Positions 26,524 through 35,698 of a stretch of DNA of 64,000 bases are shown here, piece after piece. This DNA is from Anaerolineae bacterium (lineage in GTDB: Bacteria > Chloroflexota > Anaerolineae > Aggregatilineales > Phototrophicaceae). Below the pieces are notes generated by a model. The model saw only the letters and a list, made by a program, of their open reading frames with translations, did no database searches and was not told the origin of the DNA. Location of the stretch: positions 12,795-76,794 of the forward strand of contig DAOTWC010000081.1 of NCBI GenBank assembly GCA_034435995.1, given 5' to 3'. Made by a program: the position numbers and the translations under genes. Each line of letters starts with the position of its first letter. Position 1 is the first letter of the stretch.

Positions 26524-29500
26524 ATGGTCGGGGACAGATTAAAAGGCTTTCTTGTCGTCCTGGTGCTTCTAGCGCTGCTGGCCCCGCTGGGCCTGGGCGG
26601 CCTAACGGCACAAGCCCAGGTATTCGCGCCCACGCCGATCCTGGTAGTAGTCAACGACAGCGCGCCCTACCAGTTTGGCCGCTACCTGGGGGAAATTCTC
26701 ACGGCTGAGGGCATTACCAGCTTTGTGACGGTTCAGATCGGCGCGCTGACCGCGGCCGATCTAACGAACCGCGACCTGGTTATCGTGGCCGAGACGCCGC
26801 TGACGCCTGGCCAGGCTGCGCTCCTCACAGACTATTACAACGCCGGCGGGCGGCTGCTGGCGATGCGGCCCGACGCGCAGATCGCCGGGCTGTTCGGCCT
26901 GGGCGCTGCCGTGGGGACGCAGGAGCGCGCCTACCTGCGCATCCTTAACGGCGCAGTTGTCAACGGTGAAGCGCCCGGCCAGGGCATCACTGGCCAGACG
27001 ATTCAGTATCACGGCACGGCCACGCTGCACAACACCCTGGGCGGCGCTGTCACTGTTGCCGAGCTGTACAGCAGCGCCACCGCGCCCACCGGCTTCCCAG
27101 CAGTGGTGGCCACCAGCGATGGCCGCGCCGCCGCCTTCACCTACGATCTAGCGCGCAGCGTTGTGCTGATGCGCCAAGGCAACCCAGCCAACGCCAACGT
27201 GGACGTTGACGGCGACGGCGTCTTCCGCACGCGCGACCTGTATCTGAGCGCCGACGGCAACCACTGGGTGGACCGCACCCGCCTGCCCATCGTGCAGGCT
27301 GACGAGCAGCAGCGCCTGTTCGCGCGGCTGGTGCGCCAGGCCGTCGAGCAGGTGCGCCCGCTGCCGCGCCTGTGGTATTTCCCCGGCACAGCCCGCACCC
27401 TGCTTATCGCCACCAGCGACTCGCACGCCAACCCGGCGAGCTACCACGTCGAGCTGCAGAACGCGGTAGCTGATTACGGCGGCACGCTCACAACCTATCT
27501 CTCGATTGGCGCGCCGGACAACGCAACGATTCAAAGCTGGCGGGCGCAGGGGCACGAGTTCGGCATGCACCCGTATGTCTACCGCGCTGATCCGTTCCCG
27601 CCGTTCAACGTAGAAAACATTGTAGAGGGGTACTACGTCGCCAACTACTGGTTCGAGAACACGTATACCAGCCCGAAATCGCGCACGGTGCGCGCGCACG
27701 ATATCGGCTGGCTGGGCTGGACCGACGCCGCTGAGCTGGGGCTGCAGTACAACATCAACCTCAACCTAGACCTGTTCACTGTTGGCCGCTGGCTGCAGCT
27801 CCCTGATGGGAGCTGGCCGCACGGCTACATGAACGGCAGCGGCCAGCCGATGCGCATGGTGCGCGCCGACGGCGTGATTCTGAATTATTACCAGCAGGCG
27901 ATGCCGCTGATTGACATCCAGCTTCTGTGCCAGCTTGCATACGAGGGCCTCAACAACACGACTGCCATGGCCGTCTCGCGCGAGCTGATTGACAACAGCC
28001 AGGCCGGCGGCTATTCCGCCATTGGGGCGTTCTTCCAGGTGGACTGTGTTCAATATGGCACCACGCCCTGGGTGCGCGACACGCTGGCCTACGCCCAGAG
28101 CGTGGGCGCGCCGATCTGGAACGCCGACCGCTTCCTGGCGTTCACCGAGACGCGCTACGACAGCGAATACACCGACATCGTCTGGAACGGGGCGACCAGC
28201 ACGCTCACGTTCAACTTGATCGCGCCCGCCAGCGGTTTCGACCTGAGCACGATCATACCAGCCAGCTACAACGGCAGCGGTTTGTCGTCGGTGCTGGTGG
28301 ACGGCAGTCCTGTGGCGTTCAGCGTGCAGCCGATCAAGGGCCGGAACGAGGCTTTTGTTACCGTTCAGGCAGGCAGCCGCAGCTTTGTGGCCGTTTACGA
28401 CGGCCCGGTGAGCACACCGACGCCAACCTGGACGCCGTCGGCCACGCCCACCAACACCCCAACCCCCACCCCGACAGCGACAGAAGGCCCGTCGCCAACG
28501 CCGACTGACACGCCGACCAACACCCCGACTCCTTCGCCAACGCCGGCGCCGCTGCCTGGGACGTACACACAGACGCTGCAGGTGAACGCGGGCAGCGACG
28601 ACGTCAACGAAGACGGCGCTGACCTGGAGGTGAACAACGCCACGATCTGGGTGGGCAGCGGCGAGAGCGCCAGCGCCAGCTACCTGGGGCTGCGGTTTAA
28701 CAACGTGCCAGCCCCGGCCGGCGCGACGATTGACAGCGCCTACCTGCAGTTCTACTCGCCCACCGGCGGCTGGACGGTCGTTGCCGCGGAGATCGCGGCG
28801 GAAGCCGTTGACAGCAGCGTCACGTTCACGCTGGCCAACCGGCCGTCGCAGCGGCCGCTGACCGCCGCGCGCGTGCAGCACAACTCGAACGCGCAGTGGC
28901 TGGCGGGCAATTGGTACAACTTCGACGAAATGCGCACCGTGGTGCAGGAAGTCGTTGACCGGCCCGGCTGGCAGGTTGGCAACAGCCTGTCCATCATCCT
29001 GCGCGGCACAGCCGGCGCGTGGGCGCGCAAGTTCGCGGCGGCCTTCGAGAGCAGCCCGGTTAACGCGGCGCGGCTGGTGATCACCTACACTATCCCCGGC
29101 CCGACGGCCACGCCAACCGACCTGCCGACCAATACCCCGACTCCAACGCCAACGCTGACGCCGACCGACGGCCCATCGCCGACGTCAACCGACACGCCAA
29201 GCGTTCCGACCAACACGCCCACGCCGACGCCCACGCCGACGCCGGAGTCGCTGACGACGCTGTTCGGGCACAACGGGCGGTTCTTCCACGGGAACATGTT
29301 CAACGTGACGGTGACGAACCCGCTGGAGATCACCAGCTTCGACGTGAACATTGGGGCGGGGAACACGACGGTGAGCGTGTACTACCGGATTGGCGGCTAC
29401 GCGGGGGTGGAGGCGAACCCGGCGGCGTGGACGCTGATGGGGTCGGCGGCGGTGGTGGGCGCTGGCCCGAACAACCGGACGGCTTTAGCAGTGAGCAGCC

Positions 29501-30399
29501 CGGTGCTGCAGCCGGGGACGTACGGGTTCTACGTGACGGTGGACCCGGCGGGGCCGGTGGACATGTACTACACGTCGGGGAGCGGGACGTTTGCCAACGC
29601 CGACCTGGCGATCACGACGGGGATCGGCGTGGGCGGGCTGTTCGGCGACCCGGCGGCGTGCGCGGCGCGGAACTTCAGCAACAACCCGTGCATCTTCCTG
29701 GATCGGACGTGGAACGGGACGATCTACTACCGGACGATCGCGCCGACGGCGACGCCGACGGCCACAGCCACTGCTACGCCGACTGATACACCAACAAACA
29801 CGCCGACGCCGACGGCCACGGCCACTGACGTCCCAACCAACACACCGATCCCGACCGAGACGCCGACTGATACGCCAACAAACACGCCAACGCCGACAGC
29901 CACCGACATTCCGACCGAGACGCCGACGGCCACAGCCACCGCTACGCCGACTGATACACCAACAAACACGCCGACGCCGACGGCCACGGCCACCGACGTC
30001 CCGACCAACACACCGATCCCGACCGAGACGCCGACGGCCACAGCCACCGCTACGCCGACTAATACGCCAACAAACACGCCGACGCCGACACCAACGAACA
30101 CGCCGGCCCCCAACAGAGCGCCCTATGTGATCCCGAATCAAACGACAGTGACGGCGGTCAACGGCCAGATGGTCACTAACACCGGCCAGGTGATTGACCT
30201 TGACGGCGACTTTGTGACGCTGACGGCCTCGGTGGGCACAGTCGTTAACAACGGCAACGGCACTTGGACGTGGACGTTCACGCCGGCCAACGGCCCGGCT
30301 GACAGCCAGACGGTGATCATCACCGGCAGCGACGGGCGCGGCGGCATCGGCCAGGGGCTGTTCTCGCTGACCGTCGTCTGGCCGACGCCGACGCCGTAA
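26524..30399 (+). CDS. Large secreted multidomain protein with Thr/Pro-rich linkers and C-terminal cadherin/Ig-like domain
   Basis: ATG at 26524 has GGGGAG 8 nt upstream, and the ORF-track start at 26437 is less likely. Signal/anchor sequence is [28 protein letters not shown]. Globular segments are separated by PTPT/TPTN low-complexity linkers at about nt 28400-28560, 29095-29250 and 29740-30110. The terminal ~90 aa look like a cadherin-like beta domain ([18 protein letters not shown]...). Confidence 0.8.
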   Translation: MVGDRLKGFLVVLVLLALLAPLGLGGLTAQAQVFAPTPILVVVNDSAPYQFGRYLGEILTAEGITSFVTVQIGALTAADLTNRDLVIVAETPLTPGQAALLTDYYNAGGRLLAMRPDAQIAGLFGLGAAVGTQERAYLRILNGAVVNGEAPGQGITGQTIQYHGTATLHNTLGGAVTVAELYSSATAPTGFPAVVATSDGRAAAFTYDLARSVVLMRQGNPANANVDVDGDGVFRTRDLYLSADGNHWVDRTRLPIVQADEQQRLFARLVRQAVEQVRPLPRLWYFPGTARTLLIATSDSHANPASYHVELQNAVADYGGTLTTYLSIGAPDNATIQSWRAQGHEFGMHPYVYRADPFPPFNVENIVEGYYVANYWFENTYTSPKSRTVRAHDIGWLGWTDAAELGLQYNINLNLDLFTVGRWLQLPDGSWPHGYMNGSGQPMRMVRADGVILNYYQQAMPLIDIQLLCQLAYEGLNNTTAMAVSRELIDNSQAGGYSAIGAFFQVDCVQYGTTPWVRDTLAYAQSVGAPIWNADRFLAFTETRYDSEYTDIVWNGATSTLTFNLIAPASGFDLSTIIPASYNGSGLSSVLVDGSPVAFSVQPIKGRNEAFVTVQAGSRSFVAVYDGPVSTPTPTWTPSATPTNTPTPTPTATEGPSPTPTDTPTNTPTPSPTPAPLPGTYTQTLQVNAGSDDVNEDGADLEVNNATIWVGSGESASASYLGLRFNNVPAPAGATIDSAYLQFYSPTGGWTVVAAEIAAEAVDSSVTFTLANRPSQRPLTAARVQHNSNAQWLAGNWYNFDEMRTVVQEVVDRPGWQVGNSLSIILRGTAGAWARKFAAAFESSPVNAARLVITYTIPGPTATPTDLPTNTPTPTPTLTPTDGPSPTSTDTPSVPTNTPTPTPTPTPESLTTLFGHNGRFFHGNMFNVTVTNPLEITSFDVNIGAGNTTVSVYYRIGGYAGVEANPAAWTLMGSAAVVGAGPNNRTALAVSSPVLQPGTYGFYVTVDPAGPVDMYYTSGSGTFANADLAITTGIGVGGLFGDPAACAARNFSNNPCIFLDRTWNGTIYYRTIAPTATPTATATATPTDTPTNTPTPTATATDVPTNTPIPTETPTDTPTNTPTPTATDIPTETPTATATATPTDTPTNTPTPTATATDVPTNTPIPTETPTATATATPTNTPTNTPTPTPTNTPAPNRAPYVIPNQTTVTAVNGQMVTNTGQVIDLDGDFVTLTASVGTVVNNGNGTWTWTFTPANGPADSQTVIITGSDGRGGIGQGLFSLTVVWPTPTP
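29761..30090 (+). repeat. Near-identical 105-nt direct repeats inside the linker-coding region
   Basis: Copy 1 (29761-29865) and copy 2 (29929-30033) differ at about 3 positions. A partial third copy starts at 30037. A 63-nt related segment separates copies 1 and 2. The repeats encode [36 protein letters not shown]. Confidence 0.85.
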
Positions 30400-30429
30400 T
30401 GGTTGAGAACAGCTGAAAACGAGCGAAGC

Positions 30430-30469
30430 GCGCGGGCGAGTCTTTAGTCTTTAACGGACTCGCCCGCGC
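30430..30469. terminator. Bidirectional hairpin terminator between convergent genes
   Basis: Perfect 13-bp stem: GCGCGGGCGAGTC (30430-30442) pairs with GACTCGCCCGCGC (30457-30469). The loop is 14 nt and T-rich. It lies between the stop at 30399 (+) and the stop at 30496 (-). Confidence 0.6.
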
Positions 30470-30495
30470 TGCCTCGGCAGAGCGTCGGGCGCGTG

Positions 30496-31029
30496 TCACG
30501 CGCCGGTCATGATGCTGCGCAGCAGGATGCCGGCCAGCAGCGCGAACCCCCAGATATAGCTGCCCATTGCCGGGCGCTTCTTGGCGGTGACTTCCACGAA
30601 AATAAAGAACGGCAGCGCCAGCACCGACCCCGCGCCGTAGATCAGGTGAACTTCTTCAGCGGGCCGCGTGCCGTTGATGTACATCAGCAGGCCCACCAGC
30701 GCCTGAAACAGCACCGTGCCGAACACGACGTACACGCCGCGCCGAAACCACGGCGTAACATCGCCCTTGCGCACGAGGCCGATATAGGCGGCGATGCCGG
30801 CCATCAGCAGCGCCACGGCCAAGCCGTAGCGCGCGAACTGGTAGTGCAGGTCGAAAGGCAGAATGTACGCCCACACCAGCGGCACGCGGCGGACGGTGTC
30901 CAGCGCCACAACGGCGCCGAAACCCACTGTGAGCGCGATCAGCAGCGTGTCGAAGCGGAACAGCAGGCGGCGCCAGCGCGGCTGATCCGCGCGGGCGGCG
31001 GGCGTGGCGGGCAGCGGCTGATCGGTCAC
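30496..31029 (-). CDS. Hypothetical integral membrane protein
   Basis: About five hydrophobic helices. The start overlaps the upstream gene's stop by 4 nt (31026-31029). No recognisable family motif. Confidence 0.6.
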   Translation of the reverse strand: MTDQPLPATPAARADQPRWRRLLFRFDTLLIALTVGFGAVVALDTVRRVPLVWAYILPFDLHYQFARYGLAVALLMAGIAAYIGLVRKGDVTPWFRRGVYVVFGTVLFQALVGLLMYINGTRPAEEVHLIYGAGSVLALPFFIFVEVTAKKRPAMGSYIWGFALLAGILLRSIMTGA

Positions 31030-31778
31030 AGCGCGGCCTGTCTTTCTGGCAGCTGCTCGCGCTGCGCGTCGTGCAGTTCAGCAGCGGCGCTGGTGGCCAA
31101 CAGGAAGCCGGCGAAGATCAGGATCGCGCCAGCCATTTCGCCGAAGTACTTGAACGACGGGTCGCCCAAGCGGATGAGCGCGCCGCCCAGGGCTGGCAGC
31201 AGCCCGCCGGCGGCAATCAGCCAGTTGCCGATCATGCGGCTGCGCATGATCTGCTTGCGGCGGAACAGCCGGGCGGAGTAGATGGCGCCGCCCACCAGCG
31301 CAATCGTCCCCCACGTGTTCATAACCGGCGAGAACGACCGCACTGTGCCGCTGCCCTGCGGCATGATATCACGGTAAATCTGCGTCATGTCCGCCCCGGG
31401 ATGCCACGGGCTGGGATCGAGCGGGGTGAGGAACAGCGCCCAGGGCAGCGTCATCACCGTGACCAGCAGCAGCGCCATCTGGATGTTGCGGGCGATGTTG
31501 CCGCGCCGCCACAGCAGGTACACCGTTCCCTGGCCTAACCAGGGGGCTACCATCAGCGCGCCGGTCCAATACCACAACATGAAAAAGAACGGACTCCACG
31601 CCAGCGATAGAATCACCTGGCTGAGCGTGCCCAGGAAGTAGAACAGCAGGCCGATGCCCCAGGCCAGCAGGTGCGGGCGGCGTTTCTGCCACCAGCGGCG
31701 CAGCACCAGCGCAGCAAACACGCCGGTTACGGCAGCGGCGATCACGGAAACAACAAAGGCGACGGTCAGGGTTGGCAT
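31026..31778 (-). CDS. Hypothetical integral membrane protein
   Basis: About seven hydrophobic helices, Trp/Leu-rich. Translationally coupled to the downstream membrane protein. Confidence 0.65.
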   Translation of the reverse strand: MPTLTVAFVVSVIAAAVTGVFAALVLRRWWQKRRPHLLAWGIGLLFYFLGTLSQVILSLAWSPFFFMLWYWTGALMVAPWLGQGTVYLLWRRGNIARNIQMALLLVTVMTLPWALFLTPLDPSPWHPGADMTQIYRDIMPQGSGTVRSFSPVMNTWGTIALVGGAIYSARLFRRKQIMRSRMIGNWLIAAGGLLPALGGALIRLGDPSFKYFGEMAGAILIFAGFLLATSAAAELHDAQREQLPERQAAL

Positions 31779-31921
31779 GGTCGTGCTCGCTTGCAGAACG
31801 TAAAAAGGTGATCGGATTGTAACATGCGCAGGCGCTGCCAGCTACAGAAAATCTCAGAGGATTCTTAGTAAATCTAAGTCAATATGCAGTGCTGCGGCGG
31901 CTGTTTTTAACTTGCTCTTGA

Positions 31922-31950
31922 TTGACATAATTACATTTTTATAGTAATTT
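31922..31950 (+). promoter_or_regulatory. Sigma-70-like promoter in a strongly AT-rich island
   Basis: Consensus -35 TTGACA (31922-31927), a 17-nt spacer, then TAATTT (31945-31950). It is ~25 nt upstream of the ATG at 31976. Confidence 0.4.
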
Positions 31951-31975
31951 AATTTTATTAAAAGAATGAACGCAT

Positions 31976-32890
31976 ATGGAAAGCGTAATGAGTCTAGAAA
32001 AAATAGATCGGAAATACGAAACCAACCTGACGAAAGCCCTGCGCATGCTCACCACCGACCCGGCCGCGCTGGTGCAGGTGGGTTTGAGCAAGACGCTGAC
32101 CAACTTGCGGCCGCTGCCCACGCTGCCGGCTGAGCGCGTCATCAACGGCGTGCGCTACCGTTTCGAGTTTGACTTTACGCTGGTGGACAGCGAGGAGACC
32201 GCGGCCTTCCGCCGCCAGCTCATCAAGGACATGTACTACGAGACCTACCGGCTGCTGCTCGTCAGGACGCTCAAGCGCTGTCTTAGGCCGGGAGACGTGT
32301 TCTTTGACCTGGGGGCCAGCCTGGGCTACATCTCGGCATTGGCGGCTGGCTTTGTCGGCAAAACCGGCCAGGTGCACGCCTTCGAGCCGATGCCGCAGTA
32401 CTTCCGCACCATCCAGACACTCGTCGAACTCAACCCCGCGTACCAGATTGTGGCCAACCAGTGCGCAGTGGGCGAGGCCGCTGGCGAGGCGACGATCGCG
32501 GTAGACAAAACGGTCTTCAGCGGCAGCTCGCTGGCGGCAGCGGCAGACGACCACACGCAGGAATATATCACCGTGCCGGTGGTCAGCTTGGATGACTACA
32601 TCGAGGCGCGCGCGCTGGAGCAGGTGTCCCTGCTCTTCATCGAAGTCGAGGGGTATGAGCTGCCGGCGCTCAAAGGCATGCAGCGCTACCTGAACCGCAC
32701 CGGTCACCGCCCGCCGATCATCTGCACCGTGCACCCGTATTACTATCCGGTCAACGGCTGTACGCTGGACGACCTGGCTGCGTTTATCGAGACCTACGGC
32801 TATAGGGCGCACTTGGTCTCGCAGCCAGGCGTTGACATTGACGTGCGCGACCTTGACGCGCTCACCAGCGTGCTGCTGACCCCGCGCTGA
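31976..32890 (+). CDS. FkbM-family SAM-dependent methyltransferase
   Basis: Motif block VFFDLGASLGYISALAA...VHAFEP...A.GEA.GEATI and a C-terminal FIEVEGYELPALKG are typical of the FkbM family. The first ~20 codons are unusually AT-rich for this window. Confidence 0.7.
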   Translation: MESVMSLEKIDRKYETNLTKALRMLTTDPAALVQVGLSKTLTNLRPLPTLPAERVINGVRYRFEFDFTLVDSEETAAFRRQLIKDMYYETYRLLLVRTLKRCLRPGDVFFDLGASLGYISALAAGFVGKTGQVHAFEPMPQYFRTIQTLVELNPAYQIVANQCAVGEAAGEATIAVDKTVFSGSSLAAAADDHTQEYITVPVVSLDDYIEARALEQVSLLFIEVEGYELPALKGMQRYLNRTGHRPPIICTVHPYYYPVNGCTLDDLAAFIETYGYRAHLVSQPGVDIDVRDLDALTSVLLTPR

Positions 32891-33026
32891 TCAGCGCGCC
32901 GCTGGCGCGCTGCGGCGAACTGCTCTCCGCGGTGGACTCTCATCCCCCGCGGCCAGCTTGCCTCGTCCGCAGGCCTTCGGTACACTGGGTGACACGAACC
33001 AGCTGCACCTGTTACACGAGGTTGCG

Positions 33027-33911
33027 ATGAGAGTGCGACGCGCGCTGTTGTTTGTCCCCGGCGATGACCGGCACAAGATAGAGAAAGCCGCCGCGCTGGA
33101 CGTGGACGCGGTGATCCTGGACCTGGAGGACGGCGTGGCCGCCAGCCGCAAGGAGGCCGCCCGCGAGATCACCGCCGCTGCCCTGCGCGAACTCGATTTT
33201 GGCCGCGCCGAGCGGCTCGTGCGGATCAATTGGGTGGGCGCTGAGACCGGCTACGAGGCCGACATCGCCGCGACGGTTGGCTGGCGGCCAGACGGCTACG
33301 TGATTCCTAAAGTCGAGTCGGCGGTTGAGATCAACCAGGTGGCGCGCCTGGTGGTGGCCACCGAACACGAGCGCGGCTGGCCTGGCGGTTCGATCCTGCT
33401 CTTTCCCATCGTTGAGACGGCCCGCGGCGTAATCAACCTGCGCGATATCGTGGAGAGCACGCCGCGGCTGGGCGGCTTGATGTTTGGCGCAGAGGACTTG
33501 GCTGGCGATATGGGCGCTACCCGCACGCCCGACGGCTGGGAAGTGTTCTACGCCCGCAGCGCAGTCGTGATGCATGCGCGCGCTATGGGCCTGGACGCGA
33601 TTGACACGCCGTACGTTCACCTGGAAAATCTGACCGGGCTGGTGGCCGACGCCGAACAGGCCCACTACATGGGCTACACCGGCAAGCTGGCTGTGCATCC
33701 CCGCCAGGTGGAGCCGATCCAGCGGGTGTTCACGCCGCGCCCGGAGGAGATCGAGCGCGCCCGGCGCGTGATCGCCGCTTATCACGAGCACCAGCGTGCC
33801 GGCCAGGGCGTGTTCGTGCTGGACGGCCGGATGATTGACCTGCCGATGGTGCGCCACGCCGAGGGCGTGCTGGCCCGCGCCCAAGCAGCCGGTGTGCTGA
33901 GCGTGGAATAG
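33027..33911 (+). CDS. CitE / HpcH-HpaI family acyl-CoA lyase (citrate lyase beta-subunit-like)
   Basis: ATG at 33027 (MRVRRALLFVPGDD). Motifs LFVPG.D, DAVILDLEDGVA, and FGAEDLAGDMG, and a length of ~294 aa, match CitE-like (citryl/malyl/citramalyl-CoA) lyases. Confidence 0.75.
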   Translation: MRVRRALLFVPGDDRHKIEKAAALDVDAVILDLEDGVAASRKEAAREITAAALRELDFGRAERLVRINWVGAETGYEADIAATVGWRPDGYVIPKVESAVEINQVARLVVATEHERGWPGGSILLFPIVETARGVINLRDIVESTPRLGGLMFGAEDLAGDMGATRTPDGWEVFYARSAVVMHARAMGLDAIDTPYVHLENLTGLVADAEQAHYMGYTGKLAVHPRQVEPIQRVFTPRPEEIERARRVIAAYHEHQRAGQGVFVLDGRMIDLPMVRHAEGVLARAQAAGVLSVE

Positions 33912-33947
33912 CGCCCCTGTAAGCAGCAGGCCCTCAAGGAGAGCATC

Positions 33948-34361
33948 ATGGCTGTTTCCATCCCTGACTCGCACCGCGATTTGTTCGACCGCCCGGTTGT
34001 CGTGACGCTGGTCACGGTGATGCCGGACGGCCAGCCCCAGGCGACGCCGGTGTGGATCAAGTACGACGGCACGCACCTGCTGGTCAACACGGCGCGCGGG
34101 CGGCAGAAAGACCGCAACATGACGCGCGACAGCAAGGTTACCGTGCTCTCAATTGACCCGGACAACCCGTACCGCTACGTTGAAGTGCGCGGCGTGGTGG
34201 ACGAGATCACCGAGGAAGGCGCGCTGGAGCTGATCAACGAGCTGGCCCGCAAGTACCGCGGGGCCGAACAGTACTACGGCGGCGTGGCCCCGGCGGAGCT
34301 GCGCCAGCGCGAGACGCGCGTCACGTACAAGATCAGGCCTGTGCGCGTGCTCGCGCATTAG
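33948..34361 (+). CDS. PPOX-class (pyridoxamine-5'-phosphate oxidase-like) probable F420/FMN-binding protein
   Basis: 137 aa with the pattern LVTVMPDGQPQATPVWIKYDGTHLLVNTARGRQKDRNM...V.V..VDP.NPYRY.EVRG, typical of the split-barrel PPOX family. Confidence 0.65.
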   Translation: MAVSIPDSHRDLFDRPVVVTLVTVMPDGQPQATPVWIKYDGTHLLVNTARGRQKDRNMTRDSKVTVLSIDPDNPYRYVEVRGVVDEITEEGALELINELARKYRGAEQYYGGVAPAELRQRETRVTYKIRPVRVLAH

Positions 34362-34373
34362 CGCGGCCCACCC

Positions 34374-34949
34374 GTGGACGATGAGCGCCTGCTCCAGCCT
34401 GTGCCGCACCCCAGCCGGGCCGACGCGGTCAAGAACCGCGAGCTGCTGCTGGCGGCGGCGCGCGCCCTGTTCGCCCGGCAGGGTGTGGAAGCCGTCTCGA
34501 TGTCGGCCATCGCCGAGGCCGCCGGCGTGGGCAAGGGCACGCTCTACCGCAATTTCGACAACAAGGCTGAGCTGTGCAACGCCCTGCTCGACCACGACAT
34601 GCGCGCCCTGCAGGAGCGCGTGCTGCTGCGCCTGCGCCAGCAGGGCGACGCCCGCGCCGACCTGGCCTGGTTCGTGGAAGAGGTGGCGCGCTTTGTAATC
34701 TCCAACGCCGACCTGCTCATGGCCAGCCCCGGCCTAATGCTGGCGCACCCGGCGCACCTGTGGTGGCGGCAGACAGTGCGGGGCCTGCTGCAGCGCGCCG
34801 GCTTCGACGGCGATCTCGACTATTTCGCCGACGCCATCTACGTCCTGCTTGACGTGCGCGCCATCAATTTCCAGCGCCGCGCCCTCAACGACGACCCTGA
34901 GCGCATAGTGGCTGGCCTGCGCCGCCTCGTCGCGCTTATCACCTCTTAA
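34374..34949 (+). CDS. TetR-family transcriptional regulator
   Basis: N-terminal HTH signature: NRELLLAAARALFARQGVEAVSMSAIAEAAGVGKGTLYRNFDNKAEL. Confidence 0.85.
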   Translation: MDDERLLQPVPHPSRADAVKNRELLLAAARALFARQGVEAVSMSAIAEAAGVGKGTLYRNFDNKAELCNALLDHDMRALQERVLLRLRQQGDARADLAWFVEEVARFVISNADLLMASPGLMLAHPAHLWWRQTVRGLLQRAGFDGDLDYFADAIYVLLDVRAINFQRRALNDDPERIVAGLRRLVALITS

Positions 34950-35048
34950 GCGGACTATCGTCCGTTTCTAATTCGCTGTTCAGCTTTTCCTGCCGGTTCC
35001 GGTATATACTTTCGCTATGAACCTTAAACGGACTATAGTCCACTTAAG
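34945..35048. promoter_or_regulatory. Two related palindromic operator-like sites between the TetR gene and the YceI-like gene
   Basis: Site 1 is CTTAAGCGGACTATCGTCCG (34945-34964). Site 2 is CTTAAACGGACTATAGTCCACTTAAG (35023-35048), which contains the perfect 12-bp palindrome GGACTATAGTCC. The shared core is CTTAAnCGGACTATnGTCC. Confidence 0.55.
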
Positions 35049-35065
35049 ACAGGAGAGGAGCAGTT

Positions 35066-35611
35066 ATGGCAACCTGGAATCTTGACCCCGCTCACACCAG
35101 CGCCGAGTTTTCCGTCCGGCACATGATGATCACCACCGTGCGCGGCGGCTTCCGCAACATCACTGGCACGCTGGAGTTTGACCCGGCCAACCCTGCCGCT
35201 GCCCGCGTCGAGGCTGTCATCCAGACCGCCGAAATGACCTCTACCGGCCTGGCCGACCGCGACAATCACCTGAAGAGCGCCGACTTCCTGGATGTAGCCA
35301 ATTACCCGACGATCACGTTCAAGAGCACGCGCGTCGAACCAGCCGGCGAAAACCGCGCCAAGATTTATGGCGATTTAACGATTCGCGGCGTCACGCGCCA
35401 AGTCGTGATTGACGCGGAGTACCTGGGCGAGGTAGCCAGCCCCTGGGGCGACCAGCGCGCCGGCTTCACCGGCAGCACCACCATCAACCGCGAGGACTTC
35501 GGCCTCACGTGGAACATGGCGCTTGAGGCTGGCGGCTGGTTGGTGGGCAAAGAAGTCAAGATCGCGCTGGACGTGGAGGCAATCAAAGTGACCGAGCCGG
35601 TCACGGCTTAA
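35066..35611 (+). CDS. YceI-family (polyisoprenoid-binding-like) protein
   Basis: W.LDPAHTSAEFSVRHMMITTVRGGF...G.LEFD, L.S.DFLDV..YPTITFKS, and GDLTIRGVT match the YceI-like domain. Confidence 0.85.
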   Translation: MATWNLDPAHTSAEFSVRHMMITTVRGGFRNITGTLEFDPANPAAARVEAVIQTAEMTSTGLADRDNHLKSADFLDVANYPTITFKSTRVEPAGENRAKIYGDLTIRGVTRQVVIDAEYLGEVASPWGDQRAGFTGSTTINREDFGLTWNMALEAGGWLVGKEVKIALDVEAIKVTEPVTA

Positions 35612-35632
35612 GCGCCTTATCGCGCTTTCCCC

Positions 35633-35698
35633 ACCTCACCCCCGCTCGCTGCGCGCGTTACCCCCTTTCCACTTGGAGAGGGGGTTAGGGGGTGAGGT
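35633..35698. repeat. REP-like nested palindrome / bidirectional terminator between convergent genes
   Basis: Outer stem: ACCTCACCCCC (35633-35643) pairs with GGGGGTGAGGT (35688-35698). Inner 10-bp stem: CCCCCTTTCC (35661-35670) pairs with GGAGAGGGGG (35675-35684), with loop ACTT. It shares its core with the 16614-16682 element. Confidence 0.5.

Noticed and set aside
29485-30141. A repeat-rich segment that might have been a CRISPR array or independent ORFs (29485-30141 minus, 29591-30130 plus, 29727-30113 minus).
   Set aside because: The repeats are 105 nt long, contiguous and in frame within a large secreted protein, where they encode TP-rich linker. There is no repeat-spacer alternation and no cas genes. 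The alternative-frame ORFs are by-products of the low-complexity sequence.
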